From a bacterium (GTDB lineage: Bacteria > J088 > JAWLBW01), in assembly GCA_041690355.1 (NCBI GenBank), contig JAWLHK010000011.1, positions 1 through 64,000 of the forward strand: 64,000 nt of DNA, read 5' to 3'. The notes below the pieces were generated by a model. That model had not been told where the DNA came from. It did not search any database and was given only the letters and a program-made list of their open reading frames with translations. How positions within the stretch are numbered: position 1 is the stretch's first letter; each line of letters starts with the position of its first letter. This document shows, in pieces, positions 1 to 9,784 of this stretch. Position numbers and translations under genes: made by a program.

Positions 1-123
1 CATGAGCGCCACGGTGCGCATCCAGCGAACGGTCAGGTACTGCAGGTAGTCGCGCGCCTGGTCGAGCTCGGCCGCAGGAACCAGATTGAAGAATGCGGCG
101 AATTGTCGTCGAAAGCGGTCCAA
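1..123 (-). CDS. 5' part of a hypothetical protein running off the window (MDRFRRQFAAFFNLVPAAELDQARDYLQYLTVRWMRTVALM...)
   Basis: TTG at 123 preceded by GAGG; open frame with GC3-rich codons to base 1; not in the ORF track because it is truncated. Confidence 0.4.
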   Translation of the reverse strand, partial: MDRFRRQFAAFFNLVPAAELDQARDYLQYLTVRWMRTVALM

Positions 124-284
124 TCACGTGCCTCGAAGTGCTAATGATTGTAGCGAGACGCGGGTCGGCGAACCAGTGCGCGGCTTCGCACCCGGGCGGC
201 GAGGCAACGCGAGAGTGACCGCCTTGTCGGACTGGAGGTAGAAGTCGCGGCAGACGACGCCAGGGTATTCATGACCTCGCCAGG

Positions 285-1133
285 TTACCGTCCTTGGGCC
301 GCAGAACGAAGGCGCAGCGCGGTCTTGTCCCCTTTTTTCGCCGGATAGCGGAGCGCATGTCGAATCAACCATTTCGTACCGGAGGATGCGCCGCGAAGCC
401 AGCGTTCACAGATCTCGAACGCGAACTGCGGGTGATCCTTCGCAATGTCGCCGAGATGATTGGCGACGCTGCGCCGCACATAAAGGTCGGGGTCGCCCTT
501 CAGCGCTTCAAGAATCGGCAGCACCGGCCGCGGATCGCGAAGGAACGCGGGGATGCGCACGGCCCAGGGAAGCCGCGGGCGCGTCCCCTCGGAGCAGAGC
601 CGGCGAACATGGGGGTCTGCATCCGTGGTCCACTCCATCAGCTGCGCCAACGTGCGCGCCGGCTCCTGAATCAGAAAGGGGCGGATGGAAAATTCGGCGG
701 TGAACCGGCGTGTAAGTTCATACTGCGCCCGCATGGAGACGTCGAACGGATCGCGCCCCCCGTTACCCGCCGGGTCGAGGCCGTATCGCGCCACGAAGGC
801 AACATGCGGCAGATAGAAAAAGACCTCGAGGCCGTTACCCTCCGTACGCTGCAGGGGGGGCGTCAGGGAAGCGAGCAGAAGCTCGACAGCCCGCTCGTAG
901 TCGCGCGGAAGATGTCGACGCAGCACTCCGGCCAGCTTCTGCCCGCGCTCCAGGAGCCCGAGCGGCTCCAACCCCTCCAGCGCCTCGCTCGCGAAGGAGT
1001 CCCCGTCGAACCCCTGGTGCACCAGCGAGAGGTTGTAGTTCAGGCACGCCACCGCCTCGGCATCGAGAAGCCGCTTGAGCGGAATTCCCTTCTGGATGGA
1101 ACCCGGCGCTTTGGGCAGGCGGGGCGCGTGCAC
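285..1133 (-). CDS. DNA alkylation repair protein (AlkD-like HEAT-repeat family)
   Basis: motifs ELTRRFTAEFSIRPFL, HVRRLCSEGTRPRLPWA, YVRRSVANHLGDIAKDHP. Confidence 0.85.
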   Translation of the reverse strand: MHAPRLPKAPGSIQKGIPLKRLLDAEAVACLNYNLSLVHQGFDGDSFASEALEGLEPLGLLERGQKLAGVLRRHLPRDYERAVELLLASLTPPLQRTEGNGLEVFFYLPHVAFVARYGLDPAGNGGRDPFDVSMRAQYELTRRFTAEFSIRPFLIQEPARTLAQLMEWTTDADPHVRRLCSEGTRPRLPWAVRIPAFLRDPRPVLPILEALKGDPDLYVRRSVANHLGDIAKDHPQFAFEICERWLRGASSGTKWLIRHALRYPAKKGDKTALRLRSAAQGR

Positions 1134-1435
1134 GAGCAGAAAACCTTTCCGTCAGAGACTGGCGGCTTGAAACCTCGGCCGAGGACGTTACTCGGCGTCG
1201 ACCTGAACGGTTCAGGCACAAGGTAAGGTAGCAGAGATCCAGGCGGGGCGCCGGGCGTGCAGCAACGCTACCATGGACACACTATGTCTTCCGAGTCGAC
1301 TTCCCGGAGCGGTTCTTGGGGGGCGCACATACCGCAATCCGGTGGCATGCGGATGAGCCGCGAAACCTCGCGGGGCAAGGATGACGCTGCGACGAGGTTT
1401 TTTGCCCCGGCCCGGCTTCGGGGTACACTGTGGCG

Positions 1436-1657
1436 ATGTGCGATTTTCTTCAGCGGATTCCGTGGCCCGGCCTGCTCCTCTTCGCGGCGTTCATGGCGCT
1501 TGCGCCGTTTCAGCCCATGCCGCATCTGATAGAAAAGTGGCAGATGTTCCGCAACGGAACCTTGACCCGGCCCATCGACATCTTCGACGTCTTCTGGCAC
1601 CTCTGGCCGCTGCTCGCGGTGGGCCTGAAGCTGTACTGCGGAAAATCCGCCGGCTGA
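1436..1657 (+). CDS. small membrane protein (LAPFQPMPHLIEK...RPIDIFD family), probably leaderless
   Basis: two hydrophobic segments; TACACT -10 box at 1424-1429, 6 nt before the ATG. Confidence 0.7.
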   Translation: MCDFLQRIPWPGLLLFAAFMALAPFQPMPHLIEKWQMFRNGTLTRPIDIFDVFWHLWPLLAVGLKLYCGKSAG

Positions 1658-1732
1658 GAAACCTGCGGTCACGCCGGCCGCAGATCAGGAAGCATCCGTT
1701 CGAAAGCGGCGGCCGAACCATCGAACACGCGG

Positions 1733-2125
1733 TCACCCGCCGCGTCGCGCGTAGCTGACCGTCAACGCCTCCCAGACGTGCCCGTCGGGGTCGTTCCAGT
1801 ACACCAGGCGGCCCCCACCATATCGACCGATGGCGCCGTCGGCCTGACCGTGCGGCGCGCTGCGGAACGGAATCCGGAGTTCGCGCAGCCGGGTGACGAT
1901 TCCGTCGAACGTATCGTCATTGACCCGAAAGGCGTAGTGGAGTACCGGGAACCCGCCGTCGGCCTGATCGAAGTCGAGCGTCACGTCATCGCTGACATAC
2001 ACCGCGCTGAACGGCCCCGCGCCCCCCTCGGCGGCCCAGGGCACGCCGAGAATTTCGGCCAGCCGCTACGCCGCGGCCAGGCGATCCCAAACAGGAACGA
2101 TCAGGTGATCCAGGCTGATCTTCAT
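1733..2125 (-). pseudogene. VOC/glyoxalase family protein interrupted by an in-frame TAG at 2066-2068
   Basis: GGAGG RBS, then MKISLDHLIVPVWDRLAAA*RLAEILGVPW...HYAFRV...YWNDPDGHVWE in one frame. Confidence 0.8.
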
Positions 2126-2172
2126 GACACCTCCGGTTCCCGGGCGCACGTGAGGGCGCCTTCTCCCCTCAC

Positions 2173-3099
2173 TTACGGCACCCAGCCCGGCAGCTTCGCC
2201 GCCTGTTTTACCCAGGCCGTCATCTGCGCTTCGTCGAATCCCTCTTCGTGGATATCGAGCCAGCGCGCGTCGGGATCTTTTCCCTTGCCCGGCGGCGGGG
2301 GCTGCAACGCCGCGCCGCGGAAGAAGGTCACCTTCACATAGCGGGTAAAGACGTGATAGGAGAGGAACCATCCCTGCCCTTCCATTCCATAGAAGGGTGA
2401 ATTCCACCGCACGGCTTTGCGCACGCGCGGCACGGCGCGCACGATGAGCGCGTCGAGGCGGCGCCCGAGTTCCTGCTTCCACCCCGGCATGGCCGCGATA
2501 TAGGCCTGCACGGGGGCGTCGCCGTCCCCCTTCGCGATCTGCGGGTTGCCGCCCGACAGGAGAACGGCCGGCTTCGCCTTTGCCGTCCCCTTCTTGCCGG
2601 CGAGGTTCAGGGCCACGGCCGCGCGAACGAGATCCTTCAGGGCGGCGGCGTCGATGATTTCGCCCTCGCGGATGTCGATGGCGCGCCGCACGTTGCCCCC
2701 CAGGCTCGAATTGAACAGGCCGGCCGGATCGGGCAGCGCGGCCCCCTTGGCGAAGGTCATCTTCACGACCTGCTTGTAGGTTTCGCCCGTGCATACGATG
2801 CCGCCGCGCGACCAGACGGGGGTCTCCCACTTCCACTCCTCGACGATTTCGGGGTCGGCGGCGCGTACGATCTCGCGCACCCGCTGGAGCGTCTTGCCGC
2901 GCCAGTCGGCCAGGTCTGCGATCTTGCGGTCGATGAGGCGTGAAGCCGGCTCGGCCGCAGGACCTTGGGGCGCGCGCCCCATGCGCTTCGGCGCGGCAGG
3001 TTCGGCCGCAACTTTTTTCGCGGCGGGCTTCCTGGCCGCCGGCTTCCGGGCGGCGGGCTTCGCGGCTTTCGTGCCTTTCTTCGACGTCTTCTCGGCCAT
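2173..3099 (-). CDS. tandem DUF1801 (YdhG-like) domain protein with Lys/Ala/Pro-rich N-terminal tail
   Basis: DWRGKTL..EEWKWETPVW..FAKGA..FNSSL domain followed by KAVRWNSPFYG..FFRGAAL domain. Confidence 0.85.
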   Translation of the reverse strand: MAEKTSKKGTKAAKPAARKPAARKPAAKKVAAEPAAPKRMGRAPQGPAAEPASRLIDRKIADLADWRGKTLQRVREIVRAADPEIVEEWKWETPVWSRGGIVCTGETYKQVVKMTFAKGAALPDPAGLFNSSLGGNVRRAIDIREGEIIDAAALKDLVRAAVALNLAGKKGTAKAKPAVLLSGGNPQIAKGDGDAPVQAYIAAMPGWKQELGRRLDALIVRAVPRVRKAVRWNSPFYGMEGQGWFLSYHVFTRYVKVTFFRGAALQPPPPGKGKDPDARWLDIHEEGFDEAQMTAWVKQAAKLPGWVP

Positions 3100-3164
3100 C
3101 GCGTTTCCTCCTGACAGGAAGAAATCATACCGCTTTCAAGACGGGCGGCCAACCGCCGGAGTGC

Positions 3165-4457
3165 TCATTCTCCCTCGTGCCAAAGGCTCGCGTGCCGGGA
3201 ATGCGTCTGCAGATAGGCTCCGTCCCTGTAGTGCGCATCGTAGAAGGCGGTGTCGATGTGATGCGCCTGAACAAACCCCGGCAACATGATGGTGCTCCGG
3301 ATGCCCGGGAATTTTCCGTACTTCGCGTAGATATATCGAGCCACTTCCGACATGCAGTCCACGAACTCCCGGCTGTAGGGGGCGACGGTTTTCTTCACGC
3401 CGGCGCTGTCGCGCCAGGGCCCTGGCGCGTCGGGATCGTAGGCGCCATGGGGACCGAACTTGCGTGCGACAAACACCTCCACGGCCGCATGCATGTCGGG
3501 GAAGTTCGGGGGGCAGAGGGCTTCGTAAACCCCCTCGAGGCCCACCGGGTTCGGGGTGACCCACCGCTCATCCTCGACGAACCTGAAGCCGAGCCCGGCG
3601 ATACCGTCGCGCGCATGTGCCCCGAGCACGCTCAGACCGTCCATGCCGGTAAAATAGAGCCCGCCCAGCCCCATCGCCTGCATCACGAGGGTAATATTGT
3701 GGCCCATGAACGCGAGTTCGAGACACATGGCGTCGAAGACAAAGGCCTGCAACTCCGAAAGGGGGAGCCGCTTTGTCGGGTCGAGCAGGCCGGACCGGTG
3801 AAAAGGCTCGAGGTGACCTGCCGGCTCGCCGGTCTCGTGATCGACGACGGTCACGCCGTGCCGGATCATCAGCGCCATGACACCGAGACACTCCTCACTG
3901 GCATCGCCCACCGGCATGAAGAGCGTCGATCCCGGCTTGTTCGCCCACCACAGGTTCGGCGGAAGAATGTGGGGCGGCACGGACGGCACATCCAGGCGTT
4001 GGTCCCGGATCCGGATCGTATGGTCGCGGCATACCGAAAGGATGCCTTGCAGACCGGGCTCGCCCTCGCCCAGTTCCTGCATCAGGCCCGGCTGCACGTC
4101 GCGGGTCCGGGTGCAGTAGCAGCCATGGTCATCGGTAAAGAACAGGGCCGGCGTGCCCAGGCCGGCCGCCGTCGGCGCGGTACGTCCCGTGAACCGGAGC
4201 GCGAACTCGGCAAGGGATTGCGGCGTCCGCGGGCCGAAGGGCAAGCCGAAGTTCCACCCCGACACGCCGGTCGCCGCGGCGACGAGGGCCATCTGTTCCA
4301 GTTCCGTGAGCGGAATGGGAGGCTTTTCCGATCGGAACGCGAGGGGACCCGAGGGGATCTCCATCCCGAGGCCGAAGCGGCGGGAGCGGCGGCCGAACAA
4401 CGCCTGCATCAGCGGGAACTCGAGCAGCGTTTCGATTCCCGTCGAGCGGTGGGTCAT
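3165..4457 (-). CDS. nitroreductase-fold-like conserved protein
   Basis: N-terminal RRSRR FMN-phosphate-binding motif; HNITLVMQAMGLGG motif. Confidence 0.6.
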   Translation of the reverse strand: MTHRSTGIETLLEFPLMQALFGRRSRRFGLGMEIPSGPLAFRSEKPPIPLTELEQMALVAAATGVSGWNFGLPFGPRTPQSLAEFALRFTGRTAPTAAGLGTPALFFTDDHGCYCTRTRDVQPGLMQELGEGEPGLQGILSVCRDHTIRIRDQRLDVPSVPPHILPPNLWWANKPGSTLFMPVGDASEECLGVMALMIRHGVTVVDHETGEPAGHLEPFHRSGLLDPTKRLPLSELQAFVFDAMCLELAFMGHNITLVMQAMGLGGLYFTGMDGLSVLGAHARDGIAGLGFRFVEDERWVTPNPVGLEGVYEALCPPNFPDMHAAVEVFVARKFGPHGAYDPDAPGPWRDSAGVKKTVAPYSREFVDCMSEVARYIYAKYGKFPGIRSTIMLPGFVQAHHIDTAFYDAHYRDGAYLQTHSRHASLWHEGE

Positions 4458-4723
4458 GGCATCACCTCGGGCTCGGGAAGAAGTTGATGCGCCGGCCGCC
4501 GAACTCGCAGCCTGGCCATGGCGCCGCGGAGCCCAGGTTCGACCAGCCTCTTACGACACGTTCCCTTATATCCCGGATGGGCAGGGAGCACAATACGGGG
4601 CGCGTGTCCCTTGGCCTGTGCGAAGCGGTCTGAAGCGGCAGGTGATGCAACTCCGGGGCCATTCGCATACCCGGCCAGGAGACGCCGTTGTTGCCCGGTC
4701 GCTCTCCGTGGTAACCTTTCGCC

Positions 4724-5635
4724 ATGCTGCGCCTGCTGCCGCTCTTCCTCCTGTTCGCGCTTACGGCCTGCGCCTCTGGCGATCTCCCGCCCGGAAATTC
4801 CGCACCCGACCCGATCGACGAGCCGCCGCTCGGCCCCGGACTGCACGAGCTGACGATCGAGGATCGGCCGTTTCTGGTCCATGTGCCGGCGACCTACGAC
4901 GCCGGAGTGACCGCGCCGGTGCTCTTTCTGCTCCACGGCGGTTTCGGGAATGCCGAGGGTACGGTGCGCCTGACGGGGTTCAATGCGATCGCCGATCGGG
5001 AGGGCATCATCGCGGTCTATCCCCAGGGGGCCGGCCTCGTGCCGACGTGGAATGCGGGAACGTGCTGCGGGTATGCCCGGCGGCGGCAGATCGACGACGT
5101 CGGCTTTCACGCCGCCATCCTAGCGGTACTGAAGCGGCGGCTCGCGGTGAATCCGCAACGGATCTTCGCGGCGGGCATCTCAAACGGAGGCATGATGGCC
5201 TACCGACTTGCCTGTGAACTGACAGCCTTTCGCGGAGCCATTGGCATTGCCGCTTCGCACGAGTTCTTCCCGTGCGAACGGAAGCAGACGGCGCTGATCC
5301 TGCACTTCCACGGCACAGAAGATATGCACGTTCCCTGGAACGGCGGCGTGGGCGATGACTCCTTTGCGGGCGTCGCATTTTCGTCGGTGGCAGAAACGAT
5401 GGCCGGCTGGCGCCAGCGCAACCAATGTTCCAGCGAGAGCGAAGTTACCTTCCGCAAGGGGAGCGTCGTCTGCGAGCGCGCCCTCGGCTGTGCCGCGGGG
5501 GGCCAGGTCGAACTCTGCCGCATTGAGGGGGGCGGGCACACGTGGCCGGGCGGCCGGCCCATGCCCGGTCTCGGCGTGACAACCGGCGACATCGACGCCT
5601 CGGACTACCTCGCCCGGCGGATTGCCGAGCTCTGA
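4724..5635 (+). CDS. PHB depolymerase/LpqC-like alpha/beta-hydrolase lipoprotein
   Basis: lipobox LTAC, LHGG, WNAGTCCG, GISNGG nucleophile elbow, GGGHTWPGG. Confidence 0.85.
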   Translation: MLRLLPLFLLFALTACASGDLPPGNSAPDPIDEPPLGPGLHELTIEDRPFLVHVPATYDAGVTAPVLFLLHGGFGNAEGTVRLTGFNAIADREGIIAVYPQGAGLVPTWNAGTCCGYARRRQIDDVGFHAAILAVLKRRLAVNPQRIFAAGISNGGMMAYRLACELTAFRGAIGIAASHEFFPCERKQTALILHFHGTEDMHVPWNGGVGDDSFAGVAFSSVAETMAGWRQRNQCSSESEVTFRKGSVVCERALGCAAGGQVELCRIEGGGHTWPGGRPMPGLGVTTGDIDASDYLARRIAEL

Positions 5636-5694
5636 GCCGCTGGTCGCTCGTCGCTCGCTCGTCGCTGGGCGCTGGTCGCTGGGCGCTGGGCAGA
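5636..5694 (+). repeat. GCTGGGC/GCTGGTC heptamer array directly after a stop codon
   Basis: CGCTGGTCGCTGGGCGCTGGGCAGA shared with the minus-strand copy at 7447-7471. Confidence 0.75.
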
Positions 5695-5746
5695 GTCGGA
5701 TGCAGGACGTCGGAAAGCAAGTGCTGAAGGCTCTTGACTCTCGATG

Positions 5747-6196
5747 CTAGACCGGAACCTCCCGTTGCGCGAGCGCCTTGAACCGCCGCATGTCGGCGAG
5801 CGTCTTGCGGGCGGCCAGGGGCTTCATCAGCGGCGCCAGAATCCGCGCGAACCCTTTGGGGGCCAGGGTCACCGCACAGCGCCAGACCGTTCGCTCCGGG
5901 CCTTCCTCGACAAACCGGTTCTCGATGATGCTGTCGGCGACCGCGGCGACGTAGGAAAAATCCACGCGAGACAGCGGTTCGAGGGCGACAACCGTTTCGC
6001 GCATGACGATCCGGCGGCCACCTTCAAGATACACGGCGTCGGACACGGCCCCCTCGGTGAAGGGCTCGCCATGCAGCAGAGCGACACGCTGCAGCGTGGC
6101 CTGCCATTTCTGCTGCTGCGTCCGGTCGGTGAACAGCGCCCACACATCTGCGCGCGGCCGATCAATCGTCAACGTGAGTTCAAAGCGGATCGTCAT
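5747..6196 (-). CDS. SRPBCC (START-like) family protein
   Basis: MTIRFELTLTIDRPRADVWALFTD...W motif; ATG overlaps the upstream stop (TGATG). Confidence 0.8.
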   Translation of the reverse strand: MTIRFELTLTIDRPRADVWALFTDRTQQQKWQATLQRVALLHGEPFTEGAVSDAVYLEGGRRIVMRETVVALEPLSRVDFSYVAAVADSIIENRFVEEGPERTVWRCAVTLAPKGFARILAPLMKPLAARKTLADMRRFKALAQREVPV

Positions 6197-6636
6197 CAGA
6201 GCCTCCTCCTGATGGCGCGGACGCCGCTGCCAAGCAGCGGAACGTTTTCGTAGACGAGCTGCCCGCCGTCGAAATAGTCGCGGTGCCGCGTGATCGCGGA
6301 ATCGAACTCCAACAGCGAAATCCCGTCGACCACGATGACCTTCGCGAAGCGCCTCGGTTCCAGGCGCAGGGTCCACGGCAGCGACGCGCGGCCCGCGTCG
6401 ATCAGCGGCTCGCTGAACGCAAAGGTCGCCTGACGGATCTGCGCGTTCATCCGCGCGAAAAGGACTCCAAGCGCATCGCGCCCCTCAAGGCGATGAAAGG
6501 GGTCTTCGAAAACGACGTCGGGGGCGTATACCTCTTCCAGCGCCATCGGCTCGTCGGGGGTCAGCCGGGCGAACATCCGGCAGAAACGGTCCACCGGATG
6601 CGCACCGGCGGTAACGGGAGCAGGAGCGGTTTCCAT
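6196..6636 (-). CDS. SnoaL-like/NTF2 family protein
   Basis: YAPDVVFEDPF, HRDYFDGG..YENVPLLG motifs. Confidence 0.85.
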   Translation of the reverse strand: METAPAPVTAGAHPVDRFCRMFARLTPDEPMALEEVYAPDVVFEDPFHRLEGRDALGVLFARMNAQIRQATFAFSEPLIDAGRASLPWTLRLEPRRFAKVIVVDGISLLEFDSAITRHRDYFDGGQLVYENVPLLGSGVRAIRRRL

Positions 6637-6650
6637 CAGCGTCCTCCAAA

Positions 6651-6712
6651 AAGTAACAACCTGTCACTTGAGAGAATATCGCTTGCACCCGAAAGTGTCA
6701 ACCTGTTACATT
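6651..6712. promoter_or_regulatory. two TetR-type operators overlapping divergent promoters
   Basis: AAGTAACAACCTGTCACTT (6651-6669) and AAGTGTCAACCTGTTACAT (6693-6711); TTGCAC...TACATT promoter for tetR. Confidence 0.65.
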
Positions 6713-6718
6713 GCAGCC

Positions 6719-7324
6719 ATGCTCAGGCGTCGGTCCACCTATCATCACGGAGCGCTCAAGGAGGCGGTGCTCGCCTGCGCACTCGCGCACATGGACCGGC
6801 GGAAAGCGGCCGACTTCTCTGTTCCGGAGCTTGCCCGCGAACTCGGCGTCACGCACAGCGCGGTCTACAAGCATTTCCCGAACAAGAAGGCGATCGTGGT
6901 CGCGCTCGCAGAAAGAGCCCTCGAGACGTTTCTCGCCTTTGCCGAACAGGAGCTTCCGCCGCCGAGCGCCGGCTGGAAGGCGCACCCCGCGCTTGCCGAT
7001 GTCTACGTGCGCTTCGCGGTCGAGAACCCCGGGCTGTTCAAGGCGCTCTTCCACAGCGCGCTCGAGGATCTCGCGGAATACACCGCGCTGGCGGCCGCGC
7101 GCGAGCGGCAGTTCGCGATGCTTCTCGATTATTTCGCGCGTGCGGTGCGGGTGAAGAAAGGGGTCAACGCCCGTCATGCGGCGCTGGCTCACTGGTCGAT
7201 GTCGCACGGTCTGGCCGTGCTGCTCGTCGACGGCCAGATTCCGCCCGGGGAACTCACGGAGCTACCCGCCGGCGACCTCGCTTCGGCATTGGCGAAGCTG
7301 CTCGAACGGGGCATCCGGCCGTAG
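6719..7324 (+). CDS. TetR/AcrR family regulator (WHG-like C-terminus)
   Basis: YHHGALK, ELARELGVTHSAVYKHFPNK HTH, WSMSHGLA. Confidence 0.9.
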   Translation: MLRRRSTYHHGALKEAVLACALAHMDRRKAADFSVPELARELGVTHSAVYKHFPNKKAIVVALAERALETFLAFAEQELPPPSAGWKAHPALADVYVRFAVENPGLFKALFHSALEDLAEYTALAAARERQFAMLLDYFARAVRVKKGVNARHAALAHWSMSHGLAVLLVDGQIPPGELTELPAGDLASALAKLLERGIRP

Positions 7325-7432
7325 GGCTCAAGGCAAACACTCCGGTCCGGCCGAAGAGACAACCGGGACGAGAGCACGGACCACCGCCGACGACTCGTCG
7401 ATACCACCGTTTTCCGGTAACGAAAGAGCGAC

Positions 7433-7501
7433 CCTCGCCCTTGCTGTCTGCCCAGCGCCCAGCGACCAGCGTCCGGCGTCAAGCAGCCAGCGCCAGACGG
7501 C
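7433..7501 (-). repeat. heptamer array plus GCAAGGGCGA motif after a stop codon
   Basis: minus strand TGA GCCG...GCTGGTCGCTGGGCGCTGGGCAGACAGCAAGGGCGAG. Confidence 0.65.
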
Positions 7502-9055
7502 TCAGGCCAGCACCGCCTCGATCAGGCTGGGGCCCTGGGTGGCAAAGGAACGCTGCAGCGCGTCGGCGAGCTCGCGATCGGTCTGCACCCTCGAGGCCGG
7601 CATCCCGAAGCCCCTGGCCAGCGCGGTCCAATCAATCTCGGGATGCGTGAGGTCGGTGAGTGCCTTGCCCTTGGGTCCTGGTTCCGCGACGCCGGCGCGC
7701 GCGAGCTCGACCTGCAGGATCTGGTAGCGGCGGTTCGCGCAGATCAAGACGGTCACGTCGACGTTCTCGCGCGCCATCGACCAGAGCGCCTGCAGCGTGT
7801 ACAGCCCGCTGCCGTCGGCCTGAAAGGCGATGACGCGCCGGTCGGGACAGGCGATGGCGGCGCCGAGGGCGTTGGGCAGCCCTTGCCCGATGGCCCCCCC
7901 TGTGCTGAAGAACATCGTGTGCGGCGCCGCATTCCACGCATGCACCGCGTTCCACGTCAGGCCCGTGGTCGTTGCTTCGTTCACGACGATGGCCCGCTCG
8001 GGCGTGAAGGCGGCCAGCGTGCGGCAGAGATCGTCCGGGGTGAGCGGTCCGCCTGTGGCGGCGAAGGCCGGCGGAACCCGCGTGGACGTATCGGCCGCCG
8101 GCGCATCCAGCTCGTCTGCGAGGGCCTCGAGCGCGCGCGCCGCGTCGATTCCGGCATCGGGGTCTGCGAGCGCGCAGAGCGCGGCTCCCTCGGGGCGAAA
8201 CCGGGAAGGCTGATCCGGATAGGCAAAGAAGGCGACCGGATCGCGCGCGCCGGCCAGCACCAGGCTCGCCACGTCCGCCAGCGCCGCGACGGCGTCCTCG
8301 GGGAAGTAGGGGAGCGCGGCAGTCCGGGGCAGGTGCCGACCACATTCCATGCGCGCCGGGAAGGTCTCGATCCAGACGCCGCACCCGATCGCGGCCGCCA
8401 CCCGCGCGGCGGCGCGCAGCCCCGCTTCGGTCAGCGCGGTTCCCCCGAGCAGAATTCCGCCGCGCCCCGCCCGCAGCGCACGTGCCGCCTCCTCGATGGC
8501 GGAACCCGAGGCCTCGCGCAGCGCCGCCGATGGCTTCACGGAAAGCGGCTCCGGTCCCGGTTCCCACTGGCAATCGGCCGGGATGATCAGCGACGCCACG
8601 CGCCCCGGGGGCCCGAGGCACGCCTCGATCGCCGCGAGGCTCGCCTCGGCCATCTCTCCGGCGGTATGGACGGTGCGCGTCCACCCGACATTGCCGGTGA
8701 GCGCCACGATGTCAGACGTCAGGGGGGCGTCGAAGGGGAGGTGCCGCGTGGCCTGATCGCCGATCCAGTTGACGATGGGGGTGCGGGCACGCCGCGCGTT
8801 GTGCAGATTGGCGATCCCGTTGGCGAAGCCGGGCCCGAGGTGCAGCAGGGTAGCGGCGGGCCGCCCCGTCATGCGCCCCCAGCCGTCGGCGGCGCCGGTG
8901 CAGACCCCCTCGAAAAGCCCGAGCACGACGCGCAGCTCGGTCCCCCGGTCGAGTGCGGCCACGATCGGCATCTCGGTCGTGCCGGGGTTCGCGAAGCAGA
9001 CCTCGATGCCCGCGGCAACGGCGGTTTCGAGCAGGCTGGCTGCGCCCGTGGTCAT
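7502..9055 (-). CDS. ThDP-dependent acetolactate synthase large subunit-like enzyme
   Basis: CFANPGTTE, LFEGVCTGAADG, GGAIGQG, ADGSGLYTLQALW...ANRRY ThDP motif. Confidence 0.9.
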   Translation of the reverse strand: MTTGAASLLETAVAAGIEVCFANPGTTEMPIVAALDRGTELRVVLGLFEGVCTGAADGWGRMTGRPAATLLHLGPGFANGIANLHNARRARTPIVNWIGDQATRHLPFDAPLTSDIVALTGNVGWTRTVHTAGEMAEASLAAIEACLGPPGRVASLIIPADCQWEPGPEPLSVKPSAALREASGSAIEEAARALRAGRGGILLGGTALTEAGLRAAARVAAAIGCGVWIETFPARMECGRHLPRTAALPYFPEDAVAALADVASLVLAGARDPVAFFAYPDQPSRFRPEGAALCALADPDAGIDAARALEALADELDAPAADTSTRVPPAFAATGGPLTPDDLCRTLAAFTPERAIVVNEATTTGLTWNAVHAWNAAPHTMFFSTGGAIGQGLPNALGAAIACPDRRVIAFQADGSGLYTLQALWSMARENVDVTVLICANRRYQILQVELARAGVAEPGPKGKALTDLTHPEIDWTALARGFGMPASRVQTDRELADALQRSFATQGPSLIEAVLA

Positions 9056-9125
9056 CGGGCGCTCTCCGCTCCGGGGCCGGCGAGGGCCGAACCGCCCCGT
9101 TTCGTCTTCAAAACGCATCGGGGCC

Positions 9126-9545
9126 TCAATAGCGTGGGATGGTGATGGGTTGCTCCTCCACGCCGGCATAGAACATGAGAAGGACGGCCGGTACATCCCC
9201 CTCGTTTCTGCCGTAGTGCTTCTCGCGCACGACTTCGACCAGCGAGTCGCCGGCGTGGAGCTCGAGCTTCTCGTCCCCCTCGGTGTACACGGTCAGCTCG
9301 CCGCTGATCAGGACGCCGGCGCTGATGATCGGGTGGCGGTGCAGGTTCGTGCCCGCGCCCGGCGGATAGGTCACCCTGAGGATCGTGATTTCCGGCGTCC
9401 CGTCCGGATACGCGGGGAGCGCGCTGCCGTCCCAACTCTGCGTGGTTTCGGTGAGCACTTCAAAAGCGGGCGCCGCGGGCTCCTGCGCGACGGCAGCCCC
9501 GCCGAGAAACATCGCCGTCACAGCCAGGCGCAGGGAAAATTTCAT
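9126..9545 (-). CDS. exported cupin domain protein
   Basis: signal peptide MKFSLRL..AVA-Q; HRHP...E...H cupin motif; GGAGG RBS. Confidence 0.85.
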   Translation of the reverse strand: MKFSLRLAVTAMFLGGAAVAQEPAAPAFEVLTETTQSWDGSALPAYPDGTPEITILRVTYPPGAGTNLHRHPIISAGVLISGELTVYTEGDEKLELHAGDSLVEVVREKHYGRNEGDVPAVLLMFYAGVEEQPITIPRY

Positions 9546-9784
9546 GTCAGGTTCCTCCCTGTCCACGCTGGCGCAGCCGTCACCCGTCTGCCATCGCCGG
9601 CCCTCAATCGGCGTGCGACGTGCAACTGGCGGAACGGAGGCCCGGCTCTTTCCCGTGCAGAGGGACACGCGGGGCAGCTCGGGCCGCATGCGCCCGCACA
9701 TTCGGGCCGCAACCGCGTTCCCGGGCGCTCACGCCCACCCGAGCCGGACACGCGCCGCGGCCAACGGCGCATGTCCGGCCACGC

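Noticed and set aside
294-1226. 310-aa plus-strand ORF and similar overlapping ORFs (2940-4487, 14852-16747, 31840-33369, 61004-62695)
   Set aside because: Each overlaps a motif-supported gene on the opposite strand
1140-1400. Riboswitch in the intergenic region (AAACCTCG/CGAGGTTT stem)
   Set aside because: Only one short stem and no recognisable aptamer motifs
2066-2068. Pyrrolysine or genome-wide TAG recoding
   Set aside because: TAG terminates several conserved genes at their expected ends, and no pyl genes are in the window
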